Positions 1 through 9,533 of a stretch of 64,000 nt of DNA are shown here, piece after piece. A program made the position numbers and the translations under genes. Source of the stretch: an uncultured delta proteobacterium (lineage in GTDB: Bacteria > Myxococcota_A > Polyangia > Polyangiales > Polyangiaceae). Where the stretch lies: NCBI GenBank assembly GCA_963696385.1, contig CAVOKF010000004.1, positions 1-64,000 on the forward strand. The letters are read 5' to 3'. The notes under the pieces were generated by a model. That model saw only the letters and a program-made list of their open reading frames with translations. It was not told the DNA's origin and did no database searches. Every line of letters begins with the position of its first letter. Position 1 is the stretch's first letter.

Positions 1-1
1 C

Positions 2-100
2 GTCGCCTCCCACTACGCCAAAAGCTTCGATTCCCGCACGTTCGGACCTCTGCCGGCTCGTGCCATCCGAGGAACGGTGACCCCGCTATGGACCTTCTGA
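2..100 (+). CDS. traF: Conjugative transfer S26-family peptidase TraF, C-terminal fragment
   Basis: Reads VASHYAKSFDSRTFGPLPARAIRGTVTPLWTF*, near-identical to the end of the full copy at 18194-18745; SFDSRxFGP motif. Confidence 0.85.
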   Translation, partial: VASHYAKSFDSRTFGPLPARAIRGTVTPLWTF

Positions 101-750
101 CGACCATCCTCAGCTGCAGCCTTTACCTCGCCGACGACGATTCTCGTGCGCGCGATCGCCCAATCGACGAGCGAAGCCAATCCCGACTTCGTCCTCGACG
201 CGTCCGTCGACGGGAGCCAGCTCGACCCACCCCCCATACCCAAGACGTCGGCCGACGCCCTGTCCGCGCGAAATCCATCTCGGCCAATGGCGGCCGACCG
301 CTTCTCGGGCTCATGCAGGTGCCCCCGGCGTGGCTCAGTGCCTTCGGGCGCAATCTCGCCGAGGCGTTCGATCCCTGCACCAATATCGCCGTCGGCACGG
401 CCAAGCTTTCGCAGTTCGATTTCGAGTGCGCCGCCCATAGGATTCCGATGGCGTCTCCGAAGAAAGCCTCCGAAGCGCACGGGGGCCTGCCCACGGGTGC
501 GTCCGCCGGCGCCGCGCATCCGGCCTCGGCCGCTCATCGACTCTGCGTGTTGCGCAGGTACGAGGGTGCCATCGGCCTGCCCGACTTCGCGGCCGTTACG
601 ACCCTCGAGATCCGCCACCAGCGGCCCACCCCTGCGCCGGTCGCGGAGGCCCCCATCTTCGTCCCCGTGACCCGAGAGGGCGCGGGGGCCGATTCGCTGC
701 TCGTTCCGACGGTGCCCTTCGCGCCGTCTGCTTTGGCTTCGAGTCCGTAG
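88..750 (+). CDS. VirB1-like lytic transglycosylase (two compensating frameshifts near 141 and 265, probably sequencing errors)
   Basis: LGLMQV and FDPCTNIAVG motifs of VirB1/SLT; paralog at 17543-18206; follows traF. Confidence 0.7.
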   Translation: MDLLTTILSCSLYLADDDSRARDRPIDERSQSRLRPRRVRRREPARPTPHTQDVGRRPVRAKSISANGGRPLLGLMQVPPAWLSAFGRNLAEAFDPCTNIAVGTAKLSQFDFECAAHRIPMASPKKASEAHGGLPTGASAGAAHPASAAHRLCVLRRYEGAIGLPDFAAVTTLEIRHQRPTPAPVAEAPIFVPVTREGAGADSLLVPTVPFAPSALASSP

Positions 751-901
751 TCGTCGCTTATCAAGATCCCCGCCTCCCAAAACACTCGATGCGAAGTCTG
801 TAGTTCCGCTCACCCAAAAACACGACGTTTCGAGCTGACCTCGATGGACGAGGTCCGTGCGGCTTCCCATTGCCAAAAAACCTTCCGAAAGGAGCCCGTC
901 G

Positions 902-1348
902 ATGCATTCGCCCCCTCAAGTGCCCCATGAATTCCATGAAACCATCCGCGCCCTCGCCGGGCTTGCCGAGCCAAACCAAATCCTCACCCTCAAGCGGGAG
1001 CTCTTGGAGGCGCACAGGCGCGAAGGGCACCTCCGGCTCCACTGCTCTGAGCTGGAGCAGAGGGTGGTCGATCTCCAAATCCAATGCGCCGAGCGGGATC
1101 GGGAGCACAGCGCCTTTGCCGAGTGGCTCAACGCCGAGTTCGCGCGAGCTACGCAGGCGCTCGGCCAAGTCACAGGCGATCAGGAAAAGCGCCTGCGCGG
1201 CATGCGTCTCGAACTCGCTGCTGCCGAAGCCAATTGCGACGAGCTCGAGCAAGCGTGCCGCTCGCTTCTGCTCACCCTCGAGCACGCCGCAGATGCCGAG
1301 GCCGAGGCCTACACACCGCTCGCCGATGCCTCGGGAGGTTCCGCATGA
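902..1348 (+). CDS. Conserved coiled-coil hypothetical ICE protein
   Basis: Heptad-rich; strongly similar to 16950-17402 in the right ICE. Confidence 0.7.
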   Translation: MHSPPQVPHEFHETIRALAGLAEPNQILTLKRELLEAHRREGHLRLHCSELEQRVVDLQIQCAERDREHSAFAEWLNAEFARATQALGQVTGDQEKRLRGMRLELAAAEANCDELEQACRSLLLTLEHAADAEAEAYTPLADASGGSA

Positions 1349-1530
1349 ACCCCTGCCGAAGGAATCGCCGCCTCGTTCGTGCCCAACGGCCCATCGGCGG
1401 TTTCGTCTTTCCCAAAAAGGGATGGCGGGACCGGCAAGGCGCACATCGCGAGGAGATCCGGCTCGCCCGCCTGAGAGCCCAACACGACCACCCACCGAAA
1501 TCCCCCTCTGCCACGAAAGGAACCATTGTC
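1345..1530 (+). CDS. Small basic conserved peptide (MNPCRRNRRLVRAQRPIGGFV...), in frame with the next ORF
   Basis: ATGA-coupled to the upstream gene; homolog at 16747-16953 conserves GGFVxPKxGWRDRQGAHREExRLARLRA. Confidence 0.5.
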
Positions 1531-1737
1531 ATGAGCCAAAAGAAAACCATGCAGCTTGTCGGCGCCATCGAACGTAACGGCGGCGTCGGCAAAAAAACCT
1601 GGTGGACCCGCATTGGGGTCGCCTTCCAGAACAAGGACGGATCGTACAACTTGCGATTCGATTACCTGCCCCATCTCGCTGGAACCACCATCCAGATGCG
1701 CGAGATGGACACGACGGAGGCCGCGCCCACCGAATAG
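1531..1737 (+). CDS. Small putative ssDNA-binding beta-rich protein (WTRIGVAFxNKDGS type)
   Basis: RBS GAAAGGA upstream; KTWWTRIGVAFQNKDGSYNLRFDYLP motif seen in mobile-element proteins; function inferred. Confidence 0.6.
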   Translation: MSQKKTMQLVGAIERNGGVGKKTWWTRIGVAFQNKDGSYNLRFDYLPHLAGTTIQMREMDTTEAAPTE

Positions 1738-1756
1738 CGCGGTTTGCCATCCCAAC

Positions 1757-1800
1757 GCCGGGGGGCGCGGGCCAGACGACTGGGCTCGCGCCCCCGCGGC
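1757..1800 (+). terminator. GC-rich stem-loop after the small ssDNA-binding-like gene
   Basis: GGGGGCGCGGGCC...GGCTCGCGCCCCC inverted repeat; no clear U-tract. Confidence 0.3.
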
Positions 1801-1851
1801 GACGCCATTCACCCCACCCATTCTCTTTTCTCCAGCACGAGACGTCCAGTC

Positions 1852-2838
1852 ATGCACGACTTCGAACTGCACCGATTCAAGACCGATATCGATTTGGTCC
1901 AATACGCGACCGATCGCTACGGATACCAAGGCGATCGGCGCGAGAGCAGCCGCGCGTGCCACGTGCTGCGTCACGCCGTCACGAACGACAAGATCATCGT
2001 GCGCAAAGCTTCCGACGGCCACTGGACGTACTTCTCAGTCCGTGACGATCGCGATCAAGGCACGATCGTCGACTTCGTCCAGGCGCGTGCCCGGCATACA
2101 TCGCTCGGTCACGTCCGAGAGGAGCTACGCCACTGGCTCGGCACCAGTCGCCCGATCGTCGATTACGGTGTGCCCTTCGCGCCGGCTGGGCCCGTCGACC
2201 GTCGCCCACCGGCGGCGACGTTCGCGGCCGCCCGGAACGCGGACAACAGCCCCTACCTCAATACGCGAGGCATTCGCCCCGAGACCCTTCGGCACCCGCG
2301 CTTTGCGGGGACGTGGGGACTCGACCGGCGCAAGAACACTCTCTTCGTTCATACGACGGCGGCCGGTGAGGTCACCGGGTTCGAGATCAAGAACCGGGGC
2401 TTCACCGGGTTTGCCACCGGGGGCACGAAGAGCGCCTGGCAGAGTGAAGCTCGGCCGACGGACTCGGCGCTCGTCGTCACCGAGAGCGCCATCGATGCAC
2501 TGAGCTACTTCCAGCTGCACCCCGGCGAGAGGGACCACACTCGTTACCTCAGCACCGGGGGAGCGCCAAGCACCCGCCAGATCGGGCTACTCGACCGCGT
2601 CTTCGCGCAATTGCCCCCGCAGAGCCGAGTCATCGCCGCGGTCGATTCCGATGACGCGGGGGTCAAGCTCGCGAGGCGGATCGAAACCCTCGCCCGCGAG
2701 CGAGCGCACGTCACGTTTCAGCGTCACTCGCCGTCGCCGGCGAAAGACTGGAACGACGTCCTTCAGCAGGTCGAGCGCCCCTACATCCGCGCGCTCTCGC
2801 ACGAGCGATCACGCTCGGCCTTCGATCGCGGCCGATGA
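1852..2838 (+). CDS. DUF3991/TOPRIM domain primase-like protein
   Basis: LVVTESAIDALSY, STGG, AAVDSDDAG and KDWNDVL TOPRIM motifs; N-terminal FKTDIDL/DQGTIVDFV. Confidence 0.85.
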   Translation: MHDFELHRFKTDIDLVQYATDRYGYQGDRRESSRACHVLRHAVTNDKIIVRKASDGHWTYFSVRDDRDQGTIVDFVQARARHTSLGHVREELRHWLGTSRPIVDYGVPFAPAGPVDRRPPAATFAAARNADNSPYLNTRGIRPETLRHPRFAGTWGLDRRKNTLFVHTTAAGEVTGFEIKNRGFTGFATGGTKSAWQSEARPTDSALVVTESAIDALSYFQLHPGERDHTRYLSTGGAPSTRQIGLLDRVFAQLPPQSRVIAAVDSDDAGVKLARRIETLARERAHVTFQRHSPSPAKDWNDVLQQVERPYIRALSHERSRSAFDRGR

Positions 2839-2906
2839 ACCCGCGTGCCGCACACCCATTTTCCGTGTTGCCCGAGTCCACCCTCTCACCACCATAGGAG
2901 CCCACC

Positions 2907-3536
2907 ATGACCGTTCGGCACGACCCCGAAATCGAACACTACAAGCGCTCGATCAACCTTGTCGGCTACGCGATGGCGACCGGTTACCGACCGTGCCCCG
3001 GCAGGGGCGACGGCTTTCTTTTTCTCGAACACCCGAGTGGGGACCGGATCGTCGTGACACGAACCAGGAGCGGTTACTGGCTCTACGCGTCTGCCAACGC
3101 CCACGAGCCAGGGCCGAAAGGCGAGTCTTCGGATCACGCGACCCAGCGTTTGCGCGGCTGCATTGCTGCCGCAATCGACAAGGGGTCGATCGTGGATTTC
3201 GTCCTGCATCGCGACCGTGCCGCTCGCGGCGAACAAGTTTCCCTCGAGCGGGTCCGGGATCGCCTGCGCGAGTATCGGCAGTGGGGCCTTACTCTCGACT
3301 TCGACGGCCCGTTGGCTCGCCCGAGCGACGATGGCCCGATCCGGCCCGTCCTCAATCGACACGATCGGCAGTCGGCCGACGGGCGGTTCGGCCATCGCGA
3401 CGTCGCCCACGAGGTCAGCGGAGCGAACCGCCGAGTCGATCTCCGCCGGCGTCGCTACAACGGGATGCCCACTCCGACCGCCGCGAGCGAAATGCCCCGG
3501 GGCCCTCGCGGCCGCAGCCCGGAGCGTGGCCGATGA
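2907..3536 (+). CDS. Hypothetical protein resembling the N-terminal domain of the DUF3991/TOPRIM protein
   Basis: EIEHYKRSINLVGYA, GDRIVV and DKGSIVDFV parallel the upstream gene; no TOPRIM domain. Confidence 0.6.
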   Translation: MTVRHDPEIEHYKRSINLVGYAMATGYRPCPGRGDGFLFLEHPSGDRIVVTRTRSGYWLYASANAHEPGPKGESSDHATQRLRGCIAAAIDKGSIVDFVLHRDRAARGEQVSLERVRDRLREYRQWGLTLDFDGPLARPSDDGPIRPVLNRHDRQSADGRFGHRDVAHEVSGANRRVDLRRRRYNGMPTPTAASEMPRGPRGRSPERGR

Positions 3537-3985
3537 ACACCGCCGTGCAATTGCGCCGGACCGGCGCCGAGGTCCGAAGCGGGCTTCTGTACGGCACACC
3601 GGTGACGACCGTCGCCGGCACACTCGGACCGGTGGCTCTCTTTTCCTCGGGAGAGCTCGTCGCCTATCGCATTCGGCATCGCCGTCGCACGCGGGTTTTC
3701 GTCTTCCGAACGCTGGACGTCGACGACCGACTTGCGGCGCGCATCCCCGGCGTGTGTCCTCGTGTGCAGTTGCTCTTGGAGGTGCGCTCGGCCGGGCGCG
3801 CTCGGCTCGTTCGGGGCCTACTGGCCTATCTCCTCAAGACTCACAACGACCCATGCCGTCTGCCGGATGGGTTCTACGTGCGGACCGGCGTCGCTCTCGC
3901 GGGTCGTCTGCCGGCGCACAAGATCCTCCGATCATTGCTCTCCTCTTCGCTTGGACCGGACCCACCGGGTCGCGGAGTCGCTTAG
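3533..3985 (+). CDS. DUF2840-like ICE protein
   Basis: IPGVCPRVQLLLEV...DPCRLPDGFY pattern; ATGA-coupled; paralog at 14980-15540. Confidence 0.6.
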   Translation: MNTAVQLRRTGAEVRSGLLYGTPVTTVAGTLGPVALFSSGELVAYRIRHRRRTRVFVFRTLDVDDRLAARIPGVCPRVQLLLEVRSAGRARLVRGLLAYLLKTHNDPCRLPDGFYVRTGVALAGRLPAHKILRSLLSSSLGPDPPGRGVA

Positions 3986-4139
3986 CGGCCGGTGATTCGG
4001 CTGACCCAGAATGCCTCATGACCGCCGACAGCTGTTCCCCGTGATCACCCACCCGCTTCGCGCGGGCCCTGCCCAGTCGCCTTTTCCCGCGCGTCGCTCG
4101 CTTGCGACCGCGCCTCGCGCATTCGCCCGGAGCTCGCCC

Positions 4140-4433
4140 ATGAGAACCACTCAGACCGATCCCACTCGCTCCACGGCAGGTCATCTCTACGAGCCTGGAG
4201 CCCTCACAACGCTGGAGGCGACGGCCGTCGCGCTCCGCCTCGATTTCTTCGCTCTGCGCGATCACTGCGATCGCCGAGCCCATGTCTGCGGCACCATTCC
4301 GGTGGTCCGACTGCCGGGCGGCGTCATGGGATTCCGGATCCACGGCACGTGGCGGTTCCTCTTTCCGATCTCCGGTCCAGGCCCGAGCGATTCCGACGGT
4401 TCTACCAAGCCGCCCACCGGAGAAGGTCGATGA
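4140..4433 (+). CDS. Small HTH/excisionase-like DNA-binding protein
   Basis: Short ORF with GFRIHGTWRF wing-like motif; ATGA-coupled to the next gene. Confidence 0.4.
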   Translation: MRTTQTDPTRSTAGHLYEPGALTTLEATAVALRLDFFALRDHCDRRAHVCGTIPVVRLPGGVMGFRIHGTWRFLFPISGPGPSDSDGSTKPPTGEGR

Positions 4434-5203
4434 GACCGCACCACCTCGCCCTGGGGGCGCGGTCGTCGGGTCCGGCCAATCCCCTCCGCAATGTCGGCCG
4501 GGCGAGCGACCGCCCGAACCAGCCACTCATCGGCTATCCGCCGCCCAACGAGCTTGCGGCGCTTTGGGGCGCGTGCGTCCCGTGCGGCCTCGACGACGAG
4601 GTGTCGGCCCTTCTGGCGCGCCACGGCCTTTGCGCCGAGTGGGTCGATGACTTCCACTTGGCGCGCGCGCTGCTTCCGACGGTGTCGCTTCCCGCGTGGG
4701 CATCATTTCGTCGCGCTTGCGCGGGCCGTGTCTCGTGGATCGAATCGGGCCACCGCTTGCTCGTGCCAATCTTCGACGCGCTCGGTCGGATGCGGAGCGT
4801 CCGAGCATGGTGCGTTCGCGATTGCGACGTGGACGATCCGAAGCGCGTGTCCCCCGCAGGCTACGCGTACCGGCACCTCGTTCTCGCCTGCGGTCAGGGT
4901 GTCGCCCTGCTCTCGGGCGGTTGGGAAAAGATGGGTGGGCAGCCACGACCTCGCATCGTCATCGCCGACGGGGAGCCCGACTTTCTTACTTGGGCGACGC
5001 GGTGCTCCGACGCCGCCGAATCGGTTCCCATCGTCCTGGGCGTCTTCGCCGGGGCGTGGTCGGACGATTTCGCCCGGCGCATCCCTCGAGGGGCCCGGGT
5101 GGTGATCCGCACGCATCACGACACCGCCGGCGATGCGTGCGCCCAAGCGATTTGGCAATCGCTCGAAGGACGCGTGGCGGTTCACCGATCGAGGCCCGCA
5201 TGA
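4430..5203 (+). CDS. TOPRIM-type primase-like protein (no zinc-binding domain visible)
   Basis: LLVPIFDALG, IVIADGEPDFLT and VVIRTHHDTAGD motifs; coupled to a YfjI helicase. Confidence 0.6.
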   Translation: MRPHHLALGARSSGPANPLRNVGRASDRPNQPLIGYPPPNELAALWGACVPCGLDDEVSALLARHGLCAEWVDDFHLARALLPTVSLPAWASFRRACAGRVSWIESGHRLLVPIFDALGRMRSVRAWCVRDCDVDDPKRVSPAGYAYRHLVLACGQGVALLSGGWEKMGGQPRPRIVIADGEPDFLTWATRCSDAAESVPIVLGVFAGAWSDDFARRIPRGARVVIRTHHDTAGDACAQAIWQSLEGRVAVHRSRPA

Positions 5204-6765
5204 GCTCCAAGAACGACAACGAACGCTTACGCGCCGGACAGCTGCCGGTGGATCCCGAAGACGACGCGGTGCCGATGCTCTCGGGCGAGCCGTGGGACGA
5301 GCCGATCCCATTTAGCGACGCGGACGTGCCCGACTTTCCGCTCGACGTGTTGCCGCCGTGGCTCGGCGTCTGGGCGGCCGAGCAGGCCCGTGCCGTGCAG
5401 GCCCCGGCGGATCTGCCGGCGCTGCTCGGGCTCGCGGTTCTTTCGTTCACGACGGCGAAGAAAATCTCCGTCGAGATCAAGCCCGGGTGGCACGAGCCGA
5501 CCAACCTCTACGTCGCCGTGGCCCTGGCTCCCGGCGAGGGCAAGTCGCCGATCTTCGCCGCCGCCACAGCTCCCTTGCGCGAGTGGGAGCGGGAGCTCCG
5601 TGCACGTCGCGCGCCCCAGATCGCGGACGTCGAAGAGTGCGACCGGATGCACGAGGAGCGGACCCAGAACTTGCGCAAGCGCGCAGCGAAGGCGAGCGAC
5701 ATCGAACGCCGAGCACTCGAGGATGAACTTCGAGCGCTCGCGGTCGAGCGCGTGGGGCGCCGGGCTCCGTCGGCGCCGCGGCTGGTCGCCGACGACGCGA
5801 CCCCCGAGGCGGTGGGCCGGTTGTTGTCGGAACAGCACGGTCGCTTGGGGGTGTTTTCATCGGAGGGCGGCCCGTTTGCCATTCTTGCTGGCCGCTACTC
5901 GGACGGTCGTGTCAACTGCGAGCTGTTCTGCAAGGCGCACTCCGGGGACGCCTACGATCTGGATCGCATCGGCCGGCCGAGCCTTCATCTCGCGTCTCCG
6001 CTGCTGGCCATTGGCTTGACGGTCCAACCGTCGGTCATCGCGGGCTTGGCGTCGACGCCCGCCTTTCGCACGCTGGGTCTTCTGGCCCGGTTTCTCTATG
6101 CGCTGCCGCGGTCGAGGGTGGGCGCTCGCAAGGCCGATCCGGCGGCGGTGACGGAGTCGGCTCGCTCCGACTACCGGCGTGTCGTGCGCGCGATCGCCGG
6201 GGTCGCCGAGCAGTTCGATGAGCACGGCGAGCTCGTCGCCCGTCCGGTCCCGCTCACCGATGCGGCACGCGGCCGGCTAATCGCCTTCAAGGAGGAGATC
6301 GAGCCTCGTCTCGGGCCCGGCGGGGATTTGCAGGGGATGGCGGATTGGGGCAACAAGGCGCCCGGCCTGGTCGCTCGCCTCGCGGGCCTCTTGCACGTGG
6401 GCGATCACGCCGAGGGGGCCCTCGAGCTGGCCATCGAGAGCACGGCCATGGACCGGGCTCTCGCGATCGGTCGGTACGCGATCGAGCACGCGCGTGCGGC
6501 CTTCGGTTGGATGGACGCCGATCCCGCAACGTCGCTCGCCAGGCACATCTGGACCTGGTGCCGCCGCTGGGACATGGGCGCCGTGACGCGCCACGCGATG
6601 CACCGTGCCCTGCAGGGGCGAGTCCAGCGCGTCACCGACCTGGATGCCGCCATCGCGGTCCTCGCGGAGCGCGCGCTCTTGCGCCAGGTCCGCGCCGTGG
6701 CGCCGCGTCGTCCCGGTCGTCCTGCCGGTCCCGTGTTCGAGATCAACCCCCGCGCGAGGCAATGA
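5200..6765 (+). CDS. YfjI/DUF3987 family helicase-like protein
   Basis: FPLDVLP, WHEPTNLYVAVALAPGEGKSP (Walker A), DDATPEA, SSEGG, GLLARFLY. Confidence 0.85.
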   Translation: MSSKNDNERLRAGQLPVDPEDDAVPMLSGEPWDEPIPFSDADVPDFPLDVLPPWLGVWAAEQARAVQAPADLPALLGLAVLSFTTAKKISVEIKPGWHEPTNLYVAVALAPGEGKSPIFAAATAPLREWERELRARRAPQIADVEECDRMHEERTQNLRKRAAKASDIERRALEDELRALAVERVGRRAPSAPRLVADDATPEAVGRLLSEQHGRLGVFSSEGGPFAILAGRYSDGRVNCELFCKAHSGDAYDLDRIGRPSLHLASPLLAIGLTVQPSVIAGLASTPAFRTLGLLARFLYALPRSRVGARKADPAAVTESARSDYRRVVRAIAGVAEQFDEHGELVARPVPLTDAARGRLIAFKEEIEPRLGPGGDLQGMADWGNKAPGLVARLAGLLHVGDHAEGALELAIESTAMDRALAIGRYAIEHARAAFGWMDADPATSLARHIWTWCRRWDMGAVTRHAMHRALQGRVQRVTDLDAAIAVLAERALLRQVRAVAPRRPGRPAGPVFEINPRARQ

Positions 6766-6777
6766 CGCCGATGGTCC

Positions 6778-7045
6778 GAGTTTCGTCATTTTCGTCAATT
6801 GATTTTGAGGGGCCGACTCTTCGTCGTGAGGGACTCAGGCCCCAGCCCCATGCCTTCGGCAAGCCCGCCCCGAGGGCGCCGGATGGGCCCCCTCGAGTTT
6901 TGTCATTTTCGTCCATGGACTGGGGGGTACCCATTTCGCGCCTCGGGGCACTTCGCCCCGGCCTCGGACCCCGAAATCCAGCGCGAAACGCGATGCCGCC
7001 TGGGGCGAGCGGAGTTTTGTCATTTTCGTCAATTGATTTGGGGGT
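6778..7045 (+). repeat. Three ~35-bp AT-rich direct repeats with an exact 117-bp period (putative iterons/origin)
   Basis: GAGTTTYGTCATTTTCGTCMATKGAYT at 6778, 6895 and 7012. Confidence 0.8.
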
Positions 7046-7186
7046 GCCGAGGTTTCCTTTCGGCAGCCACCGGCATCGGCAGGTAACCGAAACCGCGAAG
7101 GGGCCGTTGTTCTCGGCGGACCTTTCGAGCCCCTGTGGGGCGCGGCGGCGATCGTCTGCGACCCACCGAGCGGGAGGGAGTTCGTC

Positions 7187-7522
7187 ATGAAGCGTGCAAC
7201 GAAGCCGCGGCCGCCGGTCGCACTCCGAGCGTCCTTCGTGTCGCAGCAAAACTGCTTTGCGGTGCTGGGTGTGGATCCGCGCCGCTACCTCGAGCGGGTC
7301 GTACCTCTTTGTCGGGGGCACGTGATCGCCCTCGGGAAACTCCGACTGACGCCCATCGACGTCGCCGAGGAGAAGCTCCGTGAAATGGCGGCCACGCCAT
7401 CCGCGGACGTCTCGGCTCCGGACGGCGATGAAGACCACGACGACGACGAATGCCAGCCGCGATCGGTCAACGAGGTGCTGCGCGCGGTGGGTCGGGCGCG
7501 CGCGCCGTCGCGCGAGCCTTGA
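7187..7522 (+). CDS. Putative excisionase/recombination directionality factor
   Basis: Small, directly upstream of int; FVSQxxxFAVLG...VARVGK-like motif shared with 14558-14983; function inferred from position. Confidence 0.55.
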   Translation: MKRATKPRPPVALRASFVSQQNCFAVLGVDPRRYLERVVPLCRGHVIALGKLRLTPIDVAEEKLREMAATPSADVSAPDGDEDHDDDECQPRSVNEVLRAVGRARAPSREP

Positions 7523-7568
7523 GTGGGGGGTCATCGGGCAACGCCGGTGGATGGGAAGGAAGGGATCG

Positions 7569-8870
7569 ATGCCGAAGGCCGCAACCGGAGAACTTCGAAA
7601 ACTGACCCACGGCTTCGCCGCGCGCATCACGCTTCGGGGACGCGCGCGAAGGGACTTCGTGCTCGCCCACTGCGAAACCGAACACGAGGCGGTCGAGCGC
7701 TGCCGAGCTCTCGCCGCGATGGCCGCTCGGCTGCGTCGCTCGGGGCTCGTCGACGAAATCGAGCCGATGATGCGCATGGGGGCCCGAGCGCGACCTGGGC
7801 GGCCGTGGGAGTGCATCGTTGGCGCGGCGGACGATCTCTGCGCGGGTCACACGATCGAAACAGGCGGTGAAGCGCCCACCTTCGAGGCGTTCGCCAAGGA
7901 GTGGACGGGCGGCGAACTCGCCCGCAAGTGTCCCGATCACGTGCCGACCAAAGCCACAGCGGGCGACGACGCGCGTCTGCTCAAACTCTACGTGGAACCC
8001 ATTTTGGGCAGCCTGCGCCTCGATGAGGTGACGCTGGCCGACGCGGATCACGTCATGGCCAGTCTGCCTGCGCGGCTTTCGCCCCCCTCCCGGCGCCACG
8101 TGGCCCAGGTGGTCCGGCGGGTGCTGACCCTGGCGGTGTACCCCGCGCGGCACATTCGCGAGAATCCGATTCCGCGGGGCTGGTTGCCGCGCGGCAAGAG
8201 CACCAAGGCGTTCACCTGCCTCTGGCCCTCCGAGGACGCCATCCTCTTGGCCTGTTCGGCTGTGCCCCTGGTCCGGCGGCTGCTCTTTGGTGTGATCGCG
8301 AGAGAGGGGATGCGGCGGGAGGAAGCGGCCGATTTGCGATGGCGTGACCTGGATCTCGCGCGCGGCGTGATCCGCCTCGACGAGAACAAGACCGACGATC
8401 CGCGCGCGTGGGCGCTCGACGCCGGCGTGGCGGCCGCGCTTGCGCTTTGGCGCCGCCACTTTCATGTCGACGCCGCGGACCACGAACGGGTTTTCCGCGA
8501 CGACGGGCGCCCTCTGTACGTCGATCAGTTGGCCAAGCAGTTGCGAGCGGATCTGAACACCGCGGGGGTGACTCGCGCGGAGCTGTTTGAACGCTCAGCG
8601 GTACGGCGTCCGGTCCGGGTGCACGACTTGCGGGCCACGTTTGTCACGATCAGCCTCGCCAACGGCAAGAGCGAGACATGGGTGGCCGACCGTACGGGAC
8701 ACCGCTCGAGCGCCATGATCAACCGCTACCGGAGGCAAGCTCGCACCTGGGCCGAACTCGGCCTGGGCGAGCTGTCCGCGCTCGACCGAGCGCTGCCCGA
8801 GCTCGCTGCGCTGGCCACGCGGCTCACCGGGCAGACCCACGAGAGCGCGGATCGAAACGGCATCCGGTAA
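7569..8870 (+). CDS. Tyrosine recombinase/integrase (Int1)
   Basis: EGMRREE (R), ENKT (K), HDLRAT (HxxR), RTGH (H) and INRY (Y) catalytic motifs. Confidence 0.92.
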   Translation: MPKAATGELRKLTHGFAARITLRGRARRDFVLAHCETEHEAVERCRALAAMAARLRRSGLVDEIEPMMRMGARARPGRPWECIVGAADDLCAGHTIETGGEAPTFEAFAKEWTGGELARKCPDHVPTKATAGDDARLLKLYVEPILGSLRLDEVTLADADHVMASLPARLSPPSRRHVAQVVRRVLTLAVYPARHIRENPIPRGWLPRGKSTKAFTCLWPSEDAILLACSAVPLVRRLLFGVIAREGMRREEAADLRWRDLDLARGVIRLDENKTDDPRAWALDAGVAAALALWRRHFHVDAADHERVFRDDGRPLYVDQLAKQLRADLNTAGVTRAELFERSAVRRPVRVHDLRATFVTISLANGKSETWVADRTGHRSSAMINRYRRQARTWAELGLGELSALDRALPELAALATRLTGQTHESADRNGIR

Positions 8871-8987
8871 TGCGCGTTTTTTCGACCGGTGCGCCGGCCC
8901 GGACGTAGCCCGCTGATCGGCTCGAGGTTGGCCGATGTCACGCCGCCGCGGCGGATCCGTCCGCCTGCTACACTGAATGCGTCCGTC

Positions 8988-9206
8988 GTGTTCGACCGCA
9001 TCACGTTCCAACCGCAGGTTCTCGGAGGCCGCGCGTGCATCCGCGGGATGCGTATTCCCGTCTCGGTCATCGTAGGCGCGATTGCGCACGGGGCGAGCAC
9101 TGCGGAGCTTCTCGCGGACCATCCGGATCTCGAAGAACAGGACGTCCGCCAAGCCCTGGAGTACGCGGCCTGGCTCACGACGGAAGAGGTTCATTCGGCC
9201 GAGTAG
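8988..9206 (+). CDS. DUF433 family antitoxin
   Basis: DRITFQPQVLGGRACIRGMRIPVSVIV...HPDLEEQDVRQALEYAA. Confidence 0.9.
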   Translation: MFDRITFQPQVLGGRACIRGMRIPVSVIVGAIAHGASTAELLADHPDLEEQDVRQALEYAAWLTTEEVHSAE

Positions 9207-9209
9207 CCC

Positions 9210-9533
9210 GTGCGCTTTCTTGCCGACATGGGTGTCAGCCCGCGCGTAGTGCATTGGCTGCACGAGCACGGACACGACGCCGTGCACCTTCGCGATCAAG
9301 GCCTCCATCGTGCTCACTTGGGATCTCGATTTCACCGAAATCGTGTCGACTTCGCAGTCGAAGACGAGCGCCATCGTCTTTCGACTTCGCAATACGCGTA
9401 CGGATCATTTGAATATTTAATCGCGCGCCTCGCCGTCGCCCTCGAGAACGCTGCCGGCGCACTCGACGCGGGAGCGATCGTGAGCGTCGAGGACACGCGC
9501 TACCGCCTGCGCAGGTTGCCCGTCGGACACTGA
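9210..9533 (+). pseudogene. DUF5615 (VapC45-like) PIN toxin with internal deletion and frameshifts
   Basis: MRFLADMGVSPRVV...GHDAVHL start; the conserved LTWDLDF...IVFRL segment is in another frame. Confidence 0.75.

Noticed and set aside
6778..7045. CRISPR array
   Set aside because: Only three imperfect repeats, ~82-bp spacers, no palindromic stem, no cas genes in the window.
8840..8910. Displaced tRNA 3' fragment (att) after Int1
   Set aside because: GAGAGCGCGGATCGAAAC aligns better with the Int2 coding tail; GGTGCGCCGGCCCGGAC is only vaguely tRNA-like and lacks TTCGAA.
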